DNA of 64,000 bases from Bacillota bacterium (GCA_023475835.1 JAMCVM010000070.1:2603-66602), one strand, 5' to 3'; positions 39,992-49,179 are shown, numbered from the stretch's first letter. Made by a program: numbers and translations. Notes: generated from the sequence alone by a model not told the origin.

Positions 39992-41116
39992 ATGCCGGAC
40001 TTGCCCGCGTCGGGAGAGAACGTCGTCAATGGCGGCCCCGGCCTTCAAACCAAGAACGCACTTCCACGCCGGGAAGTTCGGGAAGTGTGCGGACGCGAGT
40101 GGGCTTTTTGGCTGGAACCTGATCAAAGCCTCTGGCTCCTCCCTCCGGACGGATCTGCGCGACGCCTTTTAGCGTTTCGGGTCAGAAGATTTTGGCCTTT
40201 TTATCGCACTCGCGACACCCTTTCGCTAGCCTTGGAAACGGTGCAACAAAACTTGTATCAGGTTATCGACTGCAGTTATCCCACCCAAACCCAGTGGATA
40301 GGCCACGGACAACTTCTACTCGGTGGCAGCCAGTTTGCGTTGTTGCGGGACCACGGCCGCCTGACTGCGGTTTCGGTAGCGGGCCAAGAAATCGTACCGC
40401 TTCAGATGGATTGGTGGCCCGAAGGTCAAATCACTCAGGGTTGGGCCACGGCCGACAACAAGGTCTGGTGGAGTTTGGGCCATGCGCGCGATCGGCATTG
40501 GGTGGTGGCCTACCATGACCGCCAAGGCTTATGGTGCCAAGATCCGCCTTTAGCCAACGTGGCCTGGCCAAACATTTTTGTCTCTCCCCAATTTCTCTAT
40601 TTGGCGTGGTGGCAAGACGGTCAGATTCACTGTGAAGTGCGGCGGCCATCCGGATGGCCGAGAACCGCGGTTTATCATCACTTCGTATTGGGTGCGGCGG
40701 ATCCCAGCCCGGTGGGGCTGAATAACCGGGCTACCTGGATGAAAATCGAAAGGCTAAGCCGAGGCCGTCTCCTGACCACCGATTGGGAGACCCGACACAC
40801 ATCGCTTGGTGCGGGCACCATCCAAAGCTTCGACGCCTATCAATCCTTCGAAGGCAAGGGCTGGTCGCACTATCAAAATCGCCCCGCTCCCGCACCACGA
40901 TTTCAGCGCCGACGGTGGTCGGCCAAAATTCACCCAAAACCGTCGCCGACGACCGTGCTCAGATTGTCTGCTGGAACGAAAACGGCGTTGGCCCCCGCAG
41001 TTTCTACGCACACGCCTCAAGCTAGTCGACCCCAGCCACGACATCGATGCTGTCATTTCGAACATTTAAGGAGGGATTTGAGGTCTTGTTGGCGAATGCT
41101 GTCCAACCATAAGTGA
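39992..41116 (+). CDS. Trp-rich hypothetical protein (C-terminal ~80 aa doubtful)
   Basis: The ATG at 39992 lies 5 nt after GGAGGA. The body is protein-like (WAFWLEPDQSLWLLPPDG..., LYLAWWQDGQIHCEV). The tail after ~40870 is Arg/Pro-rich. Confidence 0.5.
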   Translation: MPDLPASGENVVNGGPGLQTKNALPRREVREVCGREWAFWLEPDQSLWLLPPDGSARRLLAFRVRRFWPFYRTRDTLSLALETVQQNLYQVIDCSYPTQTQWIGHGQLLLGGSQFALLRDHGRLTAVSVAGQEIVPLQMDWWPEGQITQGWATADNKVWWSLGHARDRHWVVAYHDRQGLWCQDPPLANVAWPNIFVSPQFLYLAWWQDGQIHCEVRRPSGWPRTAVYHHFVLGAADPSPVGLNNRATWMKIERLSRGRLLTTDWETRHTSLGAGTIQSFDAYQSFEGKGWSHYQNRPAPAPRFQRRRWSAKIHPKPSPTTVLRLSAGTKTALAPAVSTHTPQASRPQPRHRCCHFEHLRRDLRSCWRMLSNHK

Positions 41117-41135
41117 TGATGGGAGGATAAGCCAA

Positions 41136-41930
41136 ATGACGGAGGACATCGGATCTTCGATCAGGCGCCTTCGAGAAGCATTGGGCTGGTCGCAATATCA
41201 GTTGGCCAAGAAGGTGCCGATCTCGCAAAAGCAAATGTCTCGAATCGAAAACCATCAAGTGATAGAAATTCCTCGAGCCACTTTGATTCGGCTGGCTGAA
41301 GTTTTACACACACCGTTGGTGACCGGAGAAGTCAATCGTTGGCTTTATCTTGGAGGATATCGCCCGCTTATTCATCCCAACCTACCCTTGCCGCCCAACG
41401 CTGATACTCTATTGGCCCGCTTCAATCCATATCCCGCCGCCGTCCTCGACGTGGCTGGCCATTTGTCAGCCTGCAACCCGGCGATGGAAAATCTCTTCTC
41501 CGCCTTCTCTCTGGATCTGCCCATCGGGCAGAGTGTGGTCCCTGCCCTCTGCCGACCGACTCACCGACAAGCCCCGATGCTATCTAGGGCGGAAGTCAGT
41601 TTCATCGTTCGCCGATTGCTCTTGGAATGGTCATTATATTCAGACGAGGAAGGATGGATCGTCGACGCCAAACGTCAACTAGCCAGGGATTTGGGCGAGC
41701 TTTGGGACTATTTGAGCGAAACCTTTCGCCCCGATGCAGAACTGCTCACACCCTGGCCTGCAGAGTTTGTCATAAATATTCCTTTGCTCAGCCCTCGCCC
41801 CCGTTTTATCATTACCGAAGTATTGGTAAGTCGTCGGCCAGACTTGGGTCTTTACGTGCTCTACCCCATGAATGACTCCGCCAAAACTTGGTGCTTGACT
41901 CACTCGCCCGGCCGAGCGGCCGCAACATAG
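41136..41930 (+). CDS. XRE-family HTH regulator with MmyB-like C-terminal ligand-binding domain
   Basis: N-terminal IRRLREALGWSQYQLAKKVPISQKQMSRIE HTH. The downstream P.PAAVLD....L..N pattern is typical of MmyB-like regulators. RBS GGGAGGA. Confidence 0.8.
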   Translation: MTEDIGSSIRRLREALGWSQYQLAKKVPISQKQMSRIENHQVIEIPRATLIRLAEVLHTPLVTGEVNRWLYLGGYRPLIHPNLPLPPNADTLLARFNPYPAAVLDVAGHLSACNPAMENLFSAFSLDLPIGQSVVPALCRPTHRQAPMLSRAEVSFIVRRLLLEWSLYSDEEGWIVDAKRQLARDLGELWDYLSETFRPDAELLTPWPAEFVINIPLLSPRPRFIITEVLVSRRPDLGLYVLYPMNDSAKTWCLTHSPGRAAAT

Positions 41931-42220
41931 ACTCTAGCGATGCCACGGTGCCAAACCTCTACATACTCTTCCCCCGGAGGGTTGAAGAGCCTTTCTCCAG
42001 TAAATTCATAGCCGTCAGGAGGACTCTTCAATACGTTTTGATATCGGCGCCTAAATCCTATCGAAAAAGCCATAAAGGTCAACCCGGCCAATACCAGATA
42101 GCCGCCGATTAGCGGCAATTGGTCCAGAAAAAATATCACCCCTCCGACCAAAGCCAAAGTTCCGATAGCGCGAAGCAAGATCCGGTCCATCAGTCTTATT
42201 TGACCAATTTTCCCGACCAT
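41900..42220 (-). CDS. Small two-helix membrane protein, hypothetical
   Basis: Two hydrophobic segments (LRAIGTLALVGGVIFF, IGGYLVLAGLTFMAF). The start is either 42220 or the ATG at 42190, just after the rhodanese stop. Confidence 0.5.
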   Translation of the reverse strand: MVGKIGQIRLMDRILLRAIGTLALVGGVIFFLDQLPLIGGYLVLAGLTFMAFSIGFRRRYQNVLKSPPDGYEFTGERLFNPPGEEYVEVWHRGIARVYVAAARPGE

Positions 42221-42552
42221 TTGACCATCCCCCCCTTTAGCACCAACGCCTCTAATCCTCCACTTCGCAGCAAGCGGGCGGCCCGGACCGCTTTAGCGTC
42301 GGTCGCTGCCAAAACGACGACCATCCGATCAGTCCGCAGTTCGTGCATTCGCTGTTGCAACTCATAGCCGGGGATCAGCGTCGCCCCCTTAATATGCCCT
42401 AATCGAAAAGATTTTTGATCGCGCACATCGAGCAGAGTCATCGGTTTTTTTTGAACGATCCATTCCATCAACTCACTACCCTCTACATCTTGCTTCGGTG
42501 CCGCTGCCTTCTTCTGCGCACCCGGTAACCAGGATCGCACTCGATCTAACAT
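42196..42552 (-). CDS. Rhodanese-homology domain protein without catalytic cysteine
   Basis: LLDVRDQKSFRLGHIKGATLIP and GGMVKW motifs. The active-site loop position reads VVLAATDAKAVRAA, and the protein contains no Cys at all. Confidence 0.75.
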   Translation of the reverse strand: MLDRVRSWLPGAQKKAAAPKQDVEGSELMEWIVQKKPMTLLDVRDQKSFRLGHIKGATLIPGYELQQRMHELRTDRMVVVLAATDAKAVRAARLLRSGGLEALVLKGGMVKWSGKLVK

Positions 42553-43660
42553 GTCTCGCCCGCCTTTCCAACTCCAATAATCTTATCAAACGCGCCGTAA
42601 AAAGCCTACCTTTAGGTATCGGGATATAAGGCGTTCGCCCTCAGGCGAAGGTTTGTCGTCTCTAAGCGATACCTTGGGTGTTATGCTGAGCATGGGTTCG
42701 CTCTTTGACAAATGGATGCGTTGGCGGTTGTCTCTCGCAATCGTGGGAGACGTAAAATGGATCGCGTGGTCAAAACCAGACGTTAACAGGATTCGGCGAA
42801 CCAAGGTGGTTAGCGAAGTCTAACCATCACGGCACGTAACCAGATTGATCAGGCTCGGACCGAGCCTTCGGGGCGCCGATAGAGATTACGCTACAGGAAT
42901 GCACCGAGAACCCTCGGGCTTCGCTGCAGCCATGGGGAGTCGTCACCAGTTTCTTGCCCAACCGAGAAACGATCCAGCCCATGAACATCCGGCCACGGCG
43001 TCTAACGCCAACCGCTATCTGCTATTCTCCCGGCTTGAGTACTCGTCCCAAACCCATGAACCCTCGGTCGCCCCCGCCCACGGGGCCGACGGCGGCCGCC
43101 TCCACGTCAAACCTCAGTCGAACGTGCATTTTTGAAAAACATTTCCTACAATAATCCCAAGCATATGCTTCCAATCCAGCATAGAGTATTCTAAAGAAAG
43201 CATCGTCGGGTGTCTTCGTCCCGAATCGGGAAGCCGCGGGGACCAGGGGCGGCGTTGAGAGCAACAGAGGGTATATTATTGTCGGCATGCGCTAAAATTC
43301 GATGCGGCCGATATCCCATCTCCCGATTAAGGAGCGAAGTAGGCATTCCGATTTGCGCAGGCGGAACCGAGGAGCCCAAGAAATGCGAACGGCCAAGTTA
43401 TCGCCCAGAGTAAACAACATTTAAGGCCGGGGCAAAATGCGGGCCGCTTTTGATTAAAGCCATTTGATGGCTGCGAATTTCAGGGCTAAAGCTCATCGAA
43501 TGGCATGCACGGTGTAAAGCCCCATCCATTCAAGGGACGAGACTAAAGGCTATCCCGGTTGAGGCAAAAATCGGATCCGCACCCCTTTTAAGTAATGAAC
43601 GGATCCGGCCGGGGCGTCCGAAATCCAGGGATATTGAGAGAAAAGAAAGGGGGAGCAGGA

Positions 43661-43753
43661 ATGGGACAGGCCAGGCCGAGGGCATCATCGCTCCTTGGAA
43701 GTCGCGGGCTCGTGGCCGCATCTAATAAAGTCCCCCCTTGCGATGCACGGTGA
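43661..43753 (+). CDS. Possible 30-aa leader ORF translationally coupled to glcDE
   Basis: AAAGGGGGAG (43646-43655) lies 5 nt before the ATG at 43661. The TGA stop at 43751-43753 shares its A with the glcDE ATG at 43753. Peptide: MGQARPRASSLLGSRGLVAASNKVPPCDAR. Confidence 0.3.
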   Translation: MGQARPRASSLLGSRGLVAASNKVPPCDAR

Positions 43754-46326
43754 TGAAAGAACTATGGGGAGCACTGAATCGGCCCAACTTATTGCCATTG
43801 CAAAAAACATGGTCAGAGGGCGAACACGAAAAATTTACCGACCAGTTGGTTTCGTCGCTGCCGTCGGCCACGGTATGGACGGATCCCAGTCGGCGCTTAG
43901 CGTATGCCTATGACGCCACCGGAGAACGGCATTGGCCCGACGCCGTTGTTTTTATTGAACACGGTCAGCATCTGGCCGATGTCCTCGCCGTTTCCCGAGA
44001 GTTTGCAGTGCCGGTCATTGGTAGAGGAGCAGGTACCAGCCTCAGCGGGGGAACCACACCCGTCCTGGGCGGCATCGTCCTCGCCTTTGCCCACATGAAT
44101 CATATGCTTCATCTGGATCCTGACAGCCGCGAAGCCGTGGTTGAGCCTGGACTTGTCAATGCCGACTTTCAATCGTTGCTCGCCGAACAAGGATATTTCT
44201 ACGCACCGGATCCTTCAAGTCATCGAATCTCCACGTTAGGAGGCAATGCCAGCGAAAATTCCGGTGGGCCGCACTGTGTGAAATACGGGGTCACCACAAA
44301 CCACGTGTTAGGCGGTCGAGTCTATTTAGTGGACGGAATCTGCCGAAGTTTGCCGACCGTGCGCGACTGGCGGCCAGGGCTGGACCTCACCGGTCTCATC
44401 GTGGGTTCGGAAGGCACCTTGGCGCTTTTAGATCAACTCGAACTACAAATTACCCCTAATCCCTCGGCGACGGCGACCCTGTTGGTCGCTTTCGACCACG
44501 TAGCCACCGCGGCCGACGCCGTCTCCGCCATTATCGCCGGACGGATTATTCCTTCCACGTTGGAGTTGCTCGACAAAAAGAGCATCGAGACGATCGAACG
44601 GTTCGTGCACGCCGGATATCCTCCCGAAGCCGGTGCCGTATTGTTGATTGAGGTGGACGGCAGCGAGGGAGACGTCGAAGCCGAGCGCAACACCATCGAG
44701 GCCATTTTGAAAGAACATGCCGCGCTCTCGATTGAACAGGCGAAGACGCCTGCCGAGGTGGCCAATTTATGGAAAGGACGGCGTTCAGCCTACGGGGCAG
44801 CCGCTCAAATTGCGGGACATTTGTGGATTCAAGACGTCACCGTACCTCGGCCGCTGTTGGCCGAAATGATGGAGCAAGTGACCGTAATCGGAGCCGCTCA
44901 TGGGTTCTCCATCTTAACCATCGCCCATGCCGGAGACGGCAATTTACATCCCAATCTGCCTTATAACCCAAGCGATGAAGACGAAGTCCGACGCATGCGC
45001 AGCGCCGACCAGGCTATCCTGCGCGCTTGTGTCGAACGCGGTGGTTCGATTACCGGAGAGCATGGCATCGGCATCGACAAGCTAGAGCAACTGGCGCTGA
45101 TGTTCGGCCCCCATGAACTTAAACTCATGGCCGACATCAAACGGGTGTTTGACCCCTTAAGTTTGCTCAATCCCGGTAAAGCGGTGCTCCCGCCTGACTA
45201 CCCGATCGATCGAGGGGCATACCCTGAGCCACCTCGGCCAGCGCCGGATTCGCGGATGGATGCCTTGCGCAGCGTGATTGTGAACGATGCCTATTCCCAG
45301 GTGGCAGTTAAAGGGAGCGGCAGTCAAGGCGGCCGTGGCCCTTGGGGCCCTCAGGCCGCCGTTGTTGCGACCGAACGCCTCGACCAAGTCGTCGATCTCG
45401 ACCAGCCAAACCTCACCGTGGTGGTAGAAGCCGGCGTTCGCGCCTCTAAACTCCGGGACTTACTGAGCCGCCATCATTTGGCCCTGCCCACGCTGCCGGG
45501 TAATACACGCAGCCTGGGAGGACTGGTAGCCACTAACGCCCGCTACTGGGGAGATAACGGGCTCGGATGGCGCGATCATGTACTGGCCCTGGACTGGCTC
45601 GATGGCTTGGGCCGAGACTTCCGCTTTGGCCGGAAGACCATGAAAAATGTCGCCGGTTACGATGTGGTGAAACTGCTCATCGGATCGTGGGGCACGCTCG
45701 GAGCCATCACCCGGATTACTTTTCGGGTTCGTCCAAAAGCCCCGGCTTCCACTGTGGCTGGCGTCTTTGACCCGGATCCGGTTCTGCTGGCGGAGCTCGC
45801 GCTAAAGCTTAGAAACCAGCAAGTGCCTCCCAGAGGGCTCTTGCTGCATTGGCCCGGACCTAATCAGACGGCCGTTTTGTGGATTTGGCTGGACGGTCGC
45901 CAAATCGATACCCAACGCCAAATGATTAATCACCAAGTCCGTACCCTTGACCGGTCTATCACTTGGTATGGGTCAGAACAAGTCGATGCCGTAGACGGTG
46001 ATCACGACGCTTTTTGGCGGTCGGAGGCGGGCGAAAACTGCCAATGGCTGGAAGGGGGGGTCCGCCCCGGCCTACTTCCTAAACAGGTTCATCATCTGCG
46101 CCAGGCGGCACATCCGTTTTTCGTCTATCCTTATTCAGGAGCCATTGAAGTGAAGACGTTTGATCCCCTCGTCACCTTGCCTGCGTGGGTCGCCAGATAC
46201 CATCAAAGCGACCAGCCGAGCCAAATGCGCCCTTCGCCTGAATGGACCGCCCTGGAGCATGGCATTTTGGAGCTGTTCGATCCTAATCACCGATTTCCGG
46301 CATGGGAGGCGTTGACCGATGAGTAA
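43753..46326 (+). CDS. glcD: Fused glycolate oxidase subunits GlcD-GlcE (two FAD-binding PCMH domains)
   Basis: The N-terminal ~470 aa are GlcD-like (GRGAGTSLSGG, YAPDPSS, HAGDGNLHP, GEHGIGIDK). After a Pro-rich linker, the C-terminal ~380 aa are GlcE-like (VKGSGSQ, MKNVAGYDVVKLLIGSWGTLG). Confidence 0.9.
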   Translation: MKELWGALNRPNLLPLQKTWSEGEHEKFTDQLVSSLPSATVWTDPSRRLAYAYDATGERHWPDAVVFIEHGQHLADVLAVSREFAVPVIGRGAGTSLSGGTTPVLGGIVLAFAHMNHMLHLDPDSREAVVEPGLVNADFQSLLAEQGYFYAPDPSSHRISTLGGNASENSGGPHCVKYGVTTNHVLGGRVYLVDGICRSLPTVRDWRPGLDLTGLIVGSEGTLALLDQLELQITPNPSATATLLVAFDHVATAADAVSAIIAGRIIPSTLELLDKKSIETIERFVHAGYPPEAGAVLLIEVDGSEGDVEAERNTIEAILKEHAALSIEQAKTPAEVANLWKGRRSAYGAAAQIAGHLWIQDVTVPRPLLAEMMEQVTVIGAAHGFSILTIAHAGDGNLHPNLPYNPSDEDEVRRMRSADQAILRACVERGGSITGEHGIGIDKLEQLALMFGPHELKLMADIKRVFDPLSLLNPGKAVLPPDYPIDRGAYPEPPRPAPDSRMDALRSVIVNDAYSQVAVKGSGSQGGRGPWGPQAAVVATERLDQVVDLDQPNLTVVVEAGVRASKLRDLLSRHHLALPTLPGNTRSLGGLVATNARYWGDNGLGWRDHVLALDWLDGLGRDFRFGRKTMKNVAGYDVVKLLIGSWGTLGAITRITFRVRPKAPASTVAGVFDPDPVLLAELALKLRNQQVPPRGLLLHWPGPNQTAVLWIWLDGRQIDTQRQMINHQVRTLDRSITWYGSEQVDAVDGDHDAFWRSEAGENCQWLEGGVRPGLLPKQVHHLRQAAHPFFVYPYSGAIEVKTFDPLVTLPAWVARYHQSDQPSQMRPSPEWTALEHGILELFDPNHRFPAWEALTDE

Positions 46327-47608
46327 AAACCCTCTTCCTGCCCAACCCTTCACGTGGGTTTTGGCGGAGACAGAGCACTGCAACAAATGCGGATTTTGCT
46401 TACCTGCCTGCCCGACCTACCGCATCAGCGGACAAGAACTCCATTCTCCGCGGGGACGCATCGCCATGGTCGAAGCTGCTGCCCGTGAGGAACTGCCTGA
46501 CTTATCCGGGATGGAAGAGGCCTTGGAATTTTGTGTGGGATGTCGAGCCTGTGAGCCCGCGTGTCCGTCCGGGGTTCATTATGAACGGATTCTCGAGGCG
46601 GGGCGAACCTATCTCATCCGCCGAGGCAGTACAGCCTTTCGCGGAGCGTTAGCCAGCCGCAGTGCACTCTATCTCACGAAACACCCCAAAGCCTTGCGCC
46701 AAATTGGGCGTCTAGGCCGCCGGTTGAGTCGAATCGTACCCGACGTGGGCATCGGCTCAGATTTCTTGGGGATGTTGCCGAAAACCCGGGATACGAGTGC
46801 CATTCGCCCGGTCAACACGAATCTTCCAGCCACCCCAATGTCCCCGCGAGTCGCGTTTTTTTCTGGTTGCGTGATGGACTCTATGTTTGCCGATGAAAAC
46901 CTGGCAGCGCGCAACTTGCTAGAGGCAGCAGGCTACTCGGTGGAGGTGGTTTTGGGACAATCGTGCTGCGGCGCTATTCACCTTCATTCGGGAGAAATCG
47001 AATCGACTAAGGCGCTGGCCAAAGCGAATATTGTCGCCTTCGAACGAGAGCATTGGGCATGGATTGCCAACGCCGCCGGGGGTTGCGGGGCGATGCTCCA
47101 AGAATATCCCGAGCTTTTGGCTGACGAATCCGATTGGGTTCAAAGAGCCGAGGCTTTTTCGTCTAGGGTGCGAGACTTCTCCACCCTGCTGTTGGAACCT
47201 ACCGCGTCCCCGCTGGCTTTCAGAGGCAACGGGAGTCGGATAGTCCTGCAGAATTCGTGCCATTTAGCTAACGTTCAACGGGCGGGGCAAGACCCCATTC
47301 GCTTGCTGAGGCAAGTGGAAGGGGACACCTTGGTCTCGTTTCAGGACCAAGAGATGTGCTGTGGGTCCGGGGGCCTGTATAACATCAACCATCGCACTTG
47401 GGCCCAAGCAATCCTAGATGACAAGATGGGAAAAGTCGCCGTAAAGACGCCTGACCGTATTCTCGTCAATAATCCTGGCTGTCAGTTGCAAATGCAAAGC
47501 GGCGTCAGTCGTCACCAAGAAGTGCGCGCCTCCGTGGAGCACGTGGCCACTTATCTCTGGCGCTGTCATTTGGCCGCCCGGTCATCGCAATCCCGTCGAG
47601 ACGCTTAG
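46319..47608 (+). CDS. glcF: Glycolate oxidase iron-sulfur subunit GlcF
   Basis: Two 4Fe-4S boxes (CNKCGFCLPACP, CVGCRACEPACP) and two CCG domains. The start overlaps the glcDE stop (ATGA). Confidence 0.9.
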   Translation: MSKNPLPAQPFTWVLAETEHCNKCGFCLPACPTYRISGQELHSPRGRIAMVEAAAREELPDLSGMEEALEFCVGCRACEPACPSGVHYERILEAGRTYLIRRGSTAFRGALASRSALYLTKHPKALRQIGRLGRRLSRIVPDVGIGSDFLGMLPKTRDTSAIRPVNTNLPATPMSPRVAFFSGCVMDSMFADENLAARNLLEAAGYSVEVVLGQSCCGAIHLHSGEIESTKALAKANIVAFEREHWAWIANAAGGCGAMLQEYPELLADESDWVQRAEAFSSRVRDFSTLLLEPTASPLAFRGNGSRIVLQNSCHLANVQRAGQDPIRLLRQVEGDTLVSFQDQEMCCGSGGLYNINHRTWAQAILDDKMGKVAVKTPDRILVNNPGCQLQMQSGVSRHQEVRASVEHVATYLWRCHLAARSSQSRRDA

Positions 47609-48158
47609 ATTTCATCTCATTTCCACGCCGCCTCCGACATTTTGGCTTTTTCCCTATATTCGGCAGGAAAGGGATGCCACTTCGATGTTCGCAGAAAGCA
47701 GGAAAGCCGCCTCCAATCTTGGCGAGAACCGAATCTAGGACATCGATGGGACCCGCGATGTCCTCGCCGACGACCTGCCTTCTTGATTAGAACCGGAGTC
47801 CGTTTCGCTCCATTTTTGCGGATTTGATGGTGGGTTGGGCAAGCCAGGGATACGCGCCTGACTGCCCGAGCCCTCCTCGGATTCCACCCCGAAGCGTCTA
47901 ACACCGCAGGGCATTTTCTTAGCCGCCTAAGTTCCTGCGGTTAAGACGCCCTGAGTTTGACTTTGGCGAGTCTGAGTCAAAGGTTCAACGTCCACACCAC
48001 CTGAGCCCCAAAACGATTCAGAAGCAAGTTTTGGGACCCGAGCCAGTCCTAAGCCCAAAGCCTCTCGGCTGGGTAGCGTGCCGGAACGCCTGGCGCCACG
48101 GTTTTAAGTCCAGTGGCGATCGCGTTATAACCATGCCACCCTCCAACCCGCGGGACCC

Positions 48159-49154
48159 CTAACGGTCGTGGCCCACCGATTGCGCCTTGTCACTCTCTAT
48201 TGGCAGGTTCGCATCGGGCAACAGATTTCGTCCAAAAAATCCGCTTAAATAATTTCGACCGGTATCTGGAGCCAGGGCCACGACCGTACTTGGCGCCGGA
48301 AAGTCCTCCGCTACTTGCAGTGCCACCACTAAAATGGCTCCGGTCGAACCTCCTGCCAAAATGCCTTCTTCACGAGCCAACCGTTTCGCCATGGCAAAGG
48401 CATCAGCATCGCTGACCGCTACCCAGCGATCGACCACAGCGGTATCCAGAGTTTGAGGATAATAATCCTCCCCCATTCCTTCGATCTGAAATGGTTGGTA
48501 GGATCCAGTAAAGATAGACCCAACCGGATCGGCGCCCACCACGGCAATCTCTGGATTTTTAGATTTCAAGTACCGACCGATGCCCGAAATAGTGCCACCC
48601 GTTCCGGCACCGGCGACAAACGCTACCATCTCGCGCCCACATTGGTCCCAAATTTCTGGGCCGGTGGTGGCAAAGTGTGCGTCCGGATTGGCTGGATGCT
48701 CGAACTGGCCCATATAGGCCGCATTCGGGAGTTCTTCGGCTAATTGACGCGCCTGATGTTGATAATTTAAAGGATCGCTGCGAGGCACGTCTTTCACCAC
48801 CCGGACTTCCGCGCCATAAGCGCCTAAAAGCCGAATTTTATCGGCACTCATCTTATCCGGCACATAGAAAATAGCCCGGTAGCCACGGACGGCAGCGACC
48901 ATAGCCAGCGCAATACCGGTATTGCCCGCGGTGGCCTCAACGATGGTCCCTCCCGGCCGCAACCGACCTTCGCGTTCGGCAGCGTTAACCAACGCCAGGG
49001 CAATTCGGTCTTTCGTGCTGCCGCCCGGGTTCATCGATTCCAGCTTCAACGCAACGGATGCTCCCGATTTCGGTATAATACGGGATAAGCGTACCATGGG
49101 GGTATGGCCAATCGCTTCCACAATCGAGGACAATGGCTTGTCCGGGGGATTCAT
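48159..49154 (-). CDS. PLP-dependent cysteine synthase / cystathionine beta-synthase family protein
   Basis: GHTPMVRL...ESMNPGGSTKDR PLP-lysine motif and the GAGTGGTISG loop. The ATG at 49154 lies 4 nt after GAGGTGGAG; the track ORF extends to 49340. Confidence 0.9.
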   Translation of the reverse strand: MNPPDKPLSSIVEAIGHTPMVRLSRIIPKSGASVALKLESMNPGGSTKDRIALALVNAAEREGRLRPGGTIVEATAGNTGIALAMVAAVRGYRAIFYVPDKMSADKIRLLGAYGAEVRVVKDVPRSDPLNYQHQARQLAEELPNAAYMGQFEHPANPDAHFATTGPEIWDQCGREMVAFVAGAGTGGTISGIGRYLKSKNPEIAVVGADPVGSIFTGSYQPFQIEGMGEDYYPQTLDTAVVDRWVAVSDADAFAMAKRLAREEGILAGGSTGAILVVALQVAEDFPAPSTVVALAPDTGRNYLSGFFGRNLLPDANLPIESDKAQSVGHDR

Positions 49155-49179
49155 CAGGCTCCACCTCGTTGTTTTGCTC

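Noticed and set aside
42586-42804. 72-aa minus-strand ORF just upstream of the rhodanese-like gene
   Set aside because: TTG start with no RBS and a low-complexity basic translation.
42840-42875. TPP-riboswitch-like fragment on the minus strand (GCCTGATCAATCTGGTTACGTGCC)
   Set aside because: It lacks the CUGAGA box and the pyrimidine-sensor helix context, and there is no thiamine-related gene downstream.
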